32,000 nucleotides of DNA. Source: Synechococcus elongatus PCC 6301. Its GTDB lineage: Bacteria > Cyanobacteriota > Cyanobacteriia > Synechococcales > Synechococcaceae. The first letter of the stretch is position 1. The number at the start of each line of letters is the position of its first letter. Shown here one piece after another: positions 25,812 to 32,000 of this stretch. The position numbers and the translations under genes are program-made. The stretch is taken from the NCBI RefSeq assembly GCF_000010065.1, contig NC_006576.1, positions 1,260,001-1,292,000 of the forward strand. Direction: 5' to 3'. The notes below the pieces were generated by a model, which was given only the letters and a program-made list of their open reading frames with translations, was not told the origin of the DNA and ran no database searches.

Positions 25812-26887
25812 CCGCTGGTTGCCTGCTGGACGGAATGGTTTAAGTATGACAAGCGGCGATCGCCCGGCGAAAGGGCTGCTGGATCCAGGCCGGCTTTGTA
25901 AGCCGCTAGCCAGCCCACTGCTTCTAAGTGCGTTTGCAGGTGCTGGACGGGCACGCCCAGATCCACCGGTCGCAAATCCAAGGTCGAGCGATTCTCTGCC
26001 ACGGCCAGAATCGGAATCCCCCGTGCTGCCCAGTGGAGAATGCCGGGGCCGCCGATCGCAGTCTCAGGGGCAATCACGACATCGACGGATTCTGGTCGGA
26101 TGCTTTCAGCAATCGACTCAGTTGCTGAGCGATAGCGGGGCGCACGACTCAGCCCTGCCAAGACACAGGGTAGAAAGGTATGCCCCAGTTCTTCCGCAGC
26201 CGATCGCGGTGAAATGCTGGCATCCAGCGGTAAGGGCTGCAATGCCGGGGCATGAGCGCAGGGTACCTGGAACTCCCGCACGATCAGATGACTAATCACG
26301 GCTTCGGCTCCGGCTAGGGGGTCAACCCCTTGACCTTGACGGTAATCCTGCAGGGCAATGGCACCCGGATCATCCGGAAACCGAGCGATGACTGCGATCG
26401 CCTCACATCCGGCTTTTAAGAGCTGATCTGCGGCTCGTAGCAAACTATCGGGGCGGTCAATCGTGCCCCAGGTCGAGCCTGAGTCTGCCTGTCGCAGGGT
26501 CACGCCCAAGGGGGCATCCGTGATCACCGCTGCCGTCACAGAGAGTCCCAGCGTAGCCTGAGCCGCTTCTGCAACCTGCTGGTGGCGAATTCGTAACTCC
26601 GGCTCGATTGCCGCGTCTAGAAGTAGACCAATGCGGTTGCAATGCACCGGCTGTAATTGCCAATCACCCGCCGCAAAGCGATCGAGGGCGTAGCCTTCGA
26701 CGTAGGCGACGTTCGGCAGTGGCCAGTAGAGACTCGCCCCATTCATCACGTTGGGATGGGTGATCAAGCGATCGCTGACTGAGGCGATCGCCCGCGCCAA
26801 AGGCAGGGCGTCCCCAGCATAACCACCCACGGCACAGCCAATCCCCGTCGGCACAATCAGGACAGAGGTTAGCGATCGCCCGAGCAT
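25808..26887 (-). CDS. DUF3326-type conserved protein of unknown function (family name from memory)
   Basis: 359 aa. The N-terminal LIVPTGIGCAVGGYAGDALP motif is characteristic of a cyanobacterial/plant family. Confidence 0.78.
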   Translation of the reverse strand: MLGRSLTSVLIVPTGIGCAVGGYAGDALPLARAIASVSDRLITHPNVMNGASLYWPLPNVAYVEGYALDRFAAGDWQLQPVHCNRIGLLLDAAIEPELRIRHQQVAEAAQATLGLSVTAAVITDAPLGVTLRQADSGSTWGTIDRPDSLLRAADQLLKAGCEAIAVIARFPDDPGAIALQDYRQGQGVDPLAGAEAVISHLIVREFQVPCAHAPALQPLPLDASISPRSAAEELGHTFLPCVLAGLSRAPRYRSATESIAESIRPESVDVVIAPETAIGGPGILHWAARGIPILAVAENRSTLDLRPVDLGVPVQHLQTHLEAVGWLAAYKAGLDPAALSPGDRRLSYLNHSVQQATSG

Positions 26888-27048
26888 GGGGTCACCACCG
26901 CTTCGATACGCACCATTGATCCTTCCCGAGCCGCGATCGCCCAGCGCAACGGTTCACCCTGCTGGCGTAAGGCTGATTCGATCGATCGAATGAGGCAATC
27001 AAGCTCGGGTTGCCAGGGCAAAGTCAGACTGACAAATTGGGTCTGCAT
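26869..27048 (-). CDS. Unlisted 59-aa ORF translationally coupled to the ferredoxin gene
   Basis: Hand translation gives MQTQFVSLTLPWQPELDCLIRSIESALRQQGEPLRWAIAAREGSMVRIEAVVTPCSGDR. Its ATG shares one nt with the ferredoxin TGA (TGATG). Its 3' end overlaps the DUF3326 start by 19 nt. It is one codon short of the track cut-off. Confidence 0.45.
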   Translation of the reverse strand: MQTQFVSLTLPWQPELDCLIRSIESALRQQGEPLRWAIAAREGSMVRIEAVVTPCSGDR

Positions 27049-27365
27049 CAGCCGGGCTGACCAAATTGCAGGGCGTAGAGTTCGTCTTCCTTATGAGTCT
27101 CGATCTTCAGGTCCGATCGCGGATAGGCCACACAGAGTAAGGTGTAGCCCTGCTTAGCAGGCTCGGGCCCTACCCCCATGGCATCTGGCTGATCCACTTC
27201 ACCGCTGAGAATCCGCGCGGCACAGGTTGTACAGACTCCAGTTAAGCAAGAGGCCGGCAGATCAACGCCCGCAGCTTGCGCTGAGTCCAAAACACTTTGA
27301 TCTGAGTCAGCCGTGAAGGTTTGGGACTGACCCTGATAGATGACTTCGACTTGATAGGTAGCCAT
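27048..27365 (-). CDS. Plant-type [2Fe-2S] ferredoxin paralog
   Basis: 105 aa. Cluster ligands CLTGVCTTC plus LLCVAYP. MATYQVEV ... typical beta-grasp ferredoxin. Confidence 0.9.
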   Translation of the reverse strand: MATYQVEVIYQGQSQTFTADSDQSVLDSAQAAGVDLPASCLTGVCTTCAARILSGEVDQPDAMGVGPEPAKQGYTLLCVAYPRSDLKIETHKEDELYALQFGQPG

Positions 27366-27422
27366 GGCGCTTCAGAAGAAAGGATGCGATCGCAACAAGA
27401 TCTAGTCTGCCGGTTCAGCACC

Positions 27423-27454
27423 AAGAAACCGCGCCCGAATTCACTCAAGCGCGG
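27423..27454 (-). terminator. Putative terminator/attenuator after atpC
   Basis: On the minus strand: CCGCGC, a 14-nt loop, GCGCGG, then TTTCTT. It begins about 20 nt after the atpC stop and lies about 60 nt upstream of the ferredoxin ATG. Confidence 0.45.
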
Positions 27455-27473
27455 CCTCTGTTTCGGGAAGAAC

Positions 27474-28424
27474 CTAGCCGTTCAGCGCTTCGGCGCCAGC
27501 CACAACTTCCAGCAGTTCTTGGGTAATGGCAGCCTGACGAGCTTTGTTGTAAACCAGCGTCAGCTGACCCACCAAGGCATTGGCGTTGTCACTCGCGCTG
27601 TTCATTGCCGTCATCCGCGCAGCCAATTCACTGGCAGCGGCTTCCTGCAAGGCCCGCAACAACTGGTTGCTGAGGTAGAGCGGCAGCAAAGCGCTGAGGA
27701 TTTGAGCCGGATCTTGCTCAAAGATCATGTCGCGGGGCAGTGGGGCCACTTCCGAGGTCAGCTTTTCGCGTTCCACCGTAAAGCTACCGCCACGAGTTGT
27801 TAGGCGGAAGATTTCGTCATCGCTGCTGGCCAAGCCTTGCGGATCCAAAGGCAAGAGCGTTTGCACCACGGGGTTAGAAGCGACCAAGGAGAGGAACTTG
27901 GTGTAGACCAGTTCCACCCGATCGACGGTACCCGACAGGAACAGCGACAACAGCTGGTCGGCGATGTCATTCGCTTCCTGAGCCGTCGGGATTTGCTCCA
28001 AACCACTGTAGGTGGCTTCGATTGGCTGTTCGCGGCGCTGGAAGTACTGACCTGCCTTACGGCCAACAATCACGAACTTGTAGTCCAGACCCTGAGCGCT
28101 CAGTTCGCGCGCCCGTTGTTCAGCCCGACGAATGACGTTGGAGTTGTAGCCACCGCAAAGACCGCGATCGCCGGAAACAACCAGCAGGGCAACCGTCTTA
28201 ACCTCCCGACGCTGCAACAAGGGCAGGTCGACATTTTCAAATTGCAGCCGCTGTTGCAAACCGGCTAGCACCTGGGCCAAGCGATCGGCAAAGGGACGAG
28301 TACTGAGAACTTGTTCTTGAGCCCGACGCACCTTGGCGGCTGCCACCAGACGCATGGCTTCGGTAATTTTTCGGGTGTTGCGAACCGACTTAATGCGATC
28401 GCGAATCGCCTTGAGGTTTGCCAT
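27474..28424 (-). CDS. atpC: F1 ATP synthase gamma subunit (cyanobacterial atpC; E. coli-style atpG)
   Basis: [31 protein letters not shown] ... [18 protein letters not shown] 28424 is preferred over the longer track ORF. Confidence 0.93.
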   Translation of the reverse strand: MANLKAIRDRIKSVRNTRKITEAMRLVAAAKVRRAQEQVLSTRPFADRLAQVLAGLQQRLQFENVDLPLLQRREVKTVALLVVSGDRGLCGGYNSNVIRRAEQRARELSAQGLDYKFVIVGRKAGQYFQRREQPIEATYSGLEQIPTAQEANDIADQLLSLFLSGTVDRVELVYTKFLSLVASNPVVQTLLPLDPQGLASSDDEIFRLTTRGGSFTVEREKLTSEVAPLPRDMIFEQDPAQILSALLPLYLSNQLLRALQEAAASELAARMTAMNSASDNANALVGQLTLVYNKARQAAITQELLEVVAGAEALNG

Positions 28425-28486
28425 GAGCTTCTCCAAAAAGCGGCGCCGCCCAGTCAATTAGGCAGCGCCAACCAGTGTGTGAACGA

Positions 28487-30593
<2,107 letters not shown>

Positions 30594-30602
30594 GGCAAAG
30601 TC

Positions 30603-31118
30603 CTAGAGCGTAGCCAAGCTGCGATCGATCAAGCGCTGTTGGGCGGCCTCATCCAACTGCTGAGACAGTTGCGTCTCAACCCGGCTCAAGGCTTGGGCAA
30701 CTGCATAGCGGCGCAGTTCGTCCAGCACACGCTGTTGCTCAGTGCTGACATCTTGAGCAGCAGTGGCTTTCAAGCGTTCAACATCCGCAGCTGCTTTGTC
30801 CAAAATTTCTTGGCGTACCGCTGCTGCACGGGCTTTGGCTTCAACCAACAGGCGAGCCGCTTCAGCTTCTGCCTCTTTCAGTTGGGTCTGAGCCTGGCTC
30901 AGGGCTTGGGCAGACGATGCCAGCTTCTCTTCAACCTCACGGATTTCTGCTTCGATCGCAGCGCGACGGTTGCTGAGCAAATTGCCGAGGAAACCTCGAC
31001 CTGCATAGACCAAGAGACCAATGATGATCGCCAGGTTGATCAGGTTCGTTTCAAAGAGATCAAGATTGAGACCGAACCCAGAGGTCTCAGCATGCGCGAG
31101 CAAAATCCAAGAGGACAT
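30603..31118 (-). CDS. atpF: F0 ATP synthase subunit b
   Basis: N-terminal TM helix followed by a long charged helix. ATG 31118 is preferred; the track ORF starts at TTG 31157. Confidence 0.85.
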   Translation of the reverse strand: MSSWILLAHAETSGFGLNLDLFETNLINLAIIIGLLVYAGRGFLGNLLSNRRAAIEAEIREVEEKLASSAQALSQAQTQLKEAEAEAARLLVEAKARAAAVRQEILDKAAADVERLKATAAQDVSTEQQRVLDELRRYAVAQALSRVETQLSQQLDEAAQQRLIDRSLATL

Positions 31119-31161
31119 ACTATCCACTACCCAAAACAATGCCGAACTCGGACTCAAAAGC

Positions 31162-31638
31162 CTAAGCTCGGGCCAAGAGCTTATCGAGAATTTGATGGCT
31201 CAGGGCATCGACTTGCTGATCGAGCGCTTGCAAAGCAACCGCTTTCTGCTGGTCAATTTCCTGTTGCGCTTGCTCACGCTGGGCTTGAGCTTCACGCTGA
31301 GCTTCGGCCAGTTGCTGAGCAGCAATCCGACCAGCCTCAGTCTGGGCTTCAGCAATCAAAGCCTGAGACTGCTTGCGTGTAGCAGCAAGCTCCTGCTCGT
31401 ATTGTGCCGTCAAAGCCTTGACTTCTGCCAAACGAGCCTTGGCATCCTGCCGCCCGCCGCGAACAAATTGGTCGCGATCGTCGAGGACCTTGCCAAATGG
31501 TTTGTAGAAAACAGCGTTGAGTAGGAAGACCAAGACTAAGATTTGCACCGCCATCAAGGGCAGTGTGGCATCGAGGTCAAACAGGCCTCCTTCGGCTTCT
31601 TGAACGGCTTCTGCCGCAAGAATCATCCAAGCATTCAT
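31162..31638 (-). CDS. atpG: F0 ATP synthase subunit b-prime (cyanobacterial atpG)
   Basis: 158 aa. [31 protein letters not shown] is typical of b-prime, followed by a long helix. Confidence 0.85.
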   Translation of the reverse strand: MNAWMILAAEAVQEAEGGLFDLDATLPLMAVQILVLVFLLNAVFYKPFGKVLDDRDQFVRGGRQDAKARLAEVKALTAQYEQELAATRKQSQALIAEAQTEAGRIAAQQLAEAQREAQAQREQAQQEIDQQKAVALQALDQQVDALSHQILDKLLARA

Positions 31639-31739
31639 GAGTACAGGCTCCGCCGGAAGGTCGGAGAACAGCGGTTAAAACCGCCCAATAACCCGCAGGT
31701 CCACAGCAAGGAGCTGTCAGGCAATTGAGCACAGAAGAG

Positions 31740-31767
31740 GGGGCGGCTCAACCCATGAGACCGCCCC
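31740..31767 (-). terminator. GC-rich stem-loop just after atpH (partial terminator or mRNA stabiliser)
   Basis: On the minus strand: GGGGCGG (31767-31761), a 14-nt loop, CCGCCCC (31746-31740), then CTCTTCTG. It starts 16 nt after the atpH stop. Confidence 0.4.
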
Positions 31768-31782
31768 GAAGGATAGCTAAGC

Positions 31783-32000
<218 letters not shown>

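Overview
The window reads as core chromosome of a Synechococcus elongatus-type cyanobacterium (PCC 7942/6301 lineage). Evidence: the HIP1 octamer GCGATCGC is extremely dense (about 30 copies by hand count in the first 9.6 kb); a 467-aa ORF matches my memory of IctB; CP12 has only the C-terminal Cys pair; and the classical atp1 operon is present. About 40 genes are tightly packed. Left to right they are: a BASS transporter; a SulP-STAS-cNMP transporter; a CheY-like receiver protein; a CpcS-family bilin lyase operon; cp12; a FIST protein convergently overlapping a metallophosphoesterase; trmB; ictB; ycf33-like/rbfA/nagZ; a second BASS transporter; msrB; an MCE plus ABC-ATPase pair; a DUF3611 protein; recA; pgeF; birA; an M23 peptidase; psb27; a chain of overlapping genes starting with a 2Fe-2S ferredoxin; and atpC-atpA-atpD-atpF-atpG-atpH on the minus strand. 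I saw no tRNA, rRNA, CRISPR array, transposase, integrase or recognisable defence genes, so I cannot claim a clear-cut new system. Four things deserve a second look. (1) Two diverged ~224-nt intergenic elements in inverted orientation (11331-11554 and 23491-23714) share perfectly conserved blocks and TIR-like ends. (2) A ~400-bp low-GC, HIP1-free islet (14051-14449) carries one small two-TM ORF. (3) A translationally coupled chain runs ferredoxin, unlisted 59-aa ORF, DUF3326, CPBP protease, fibrillin-like protein, small ORF, ending next to psb27. (4) Several small ORFs below the 60-aa track threshold, gene overlaps and degenerate sensor domains are noted. Family names come from motif recognition and memory, not database searches.
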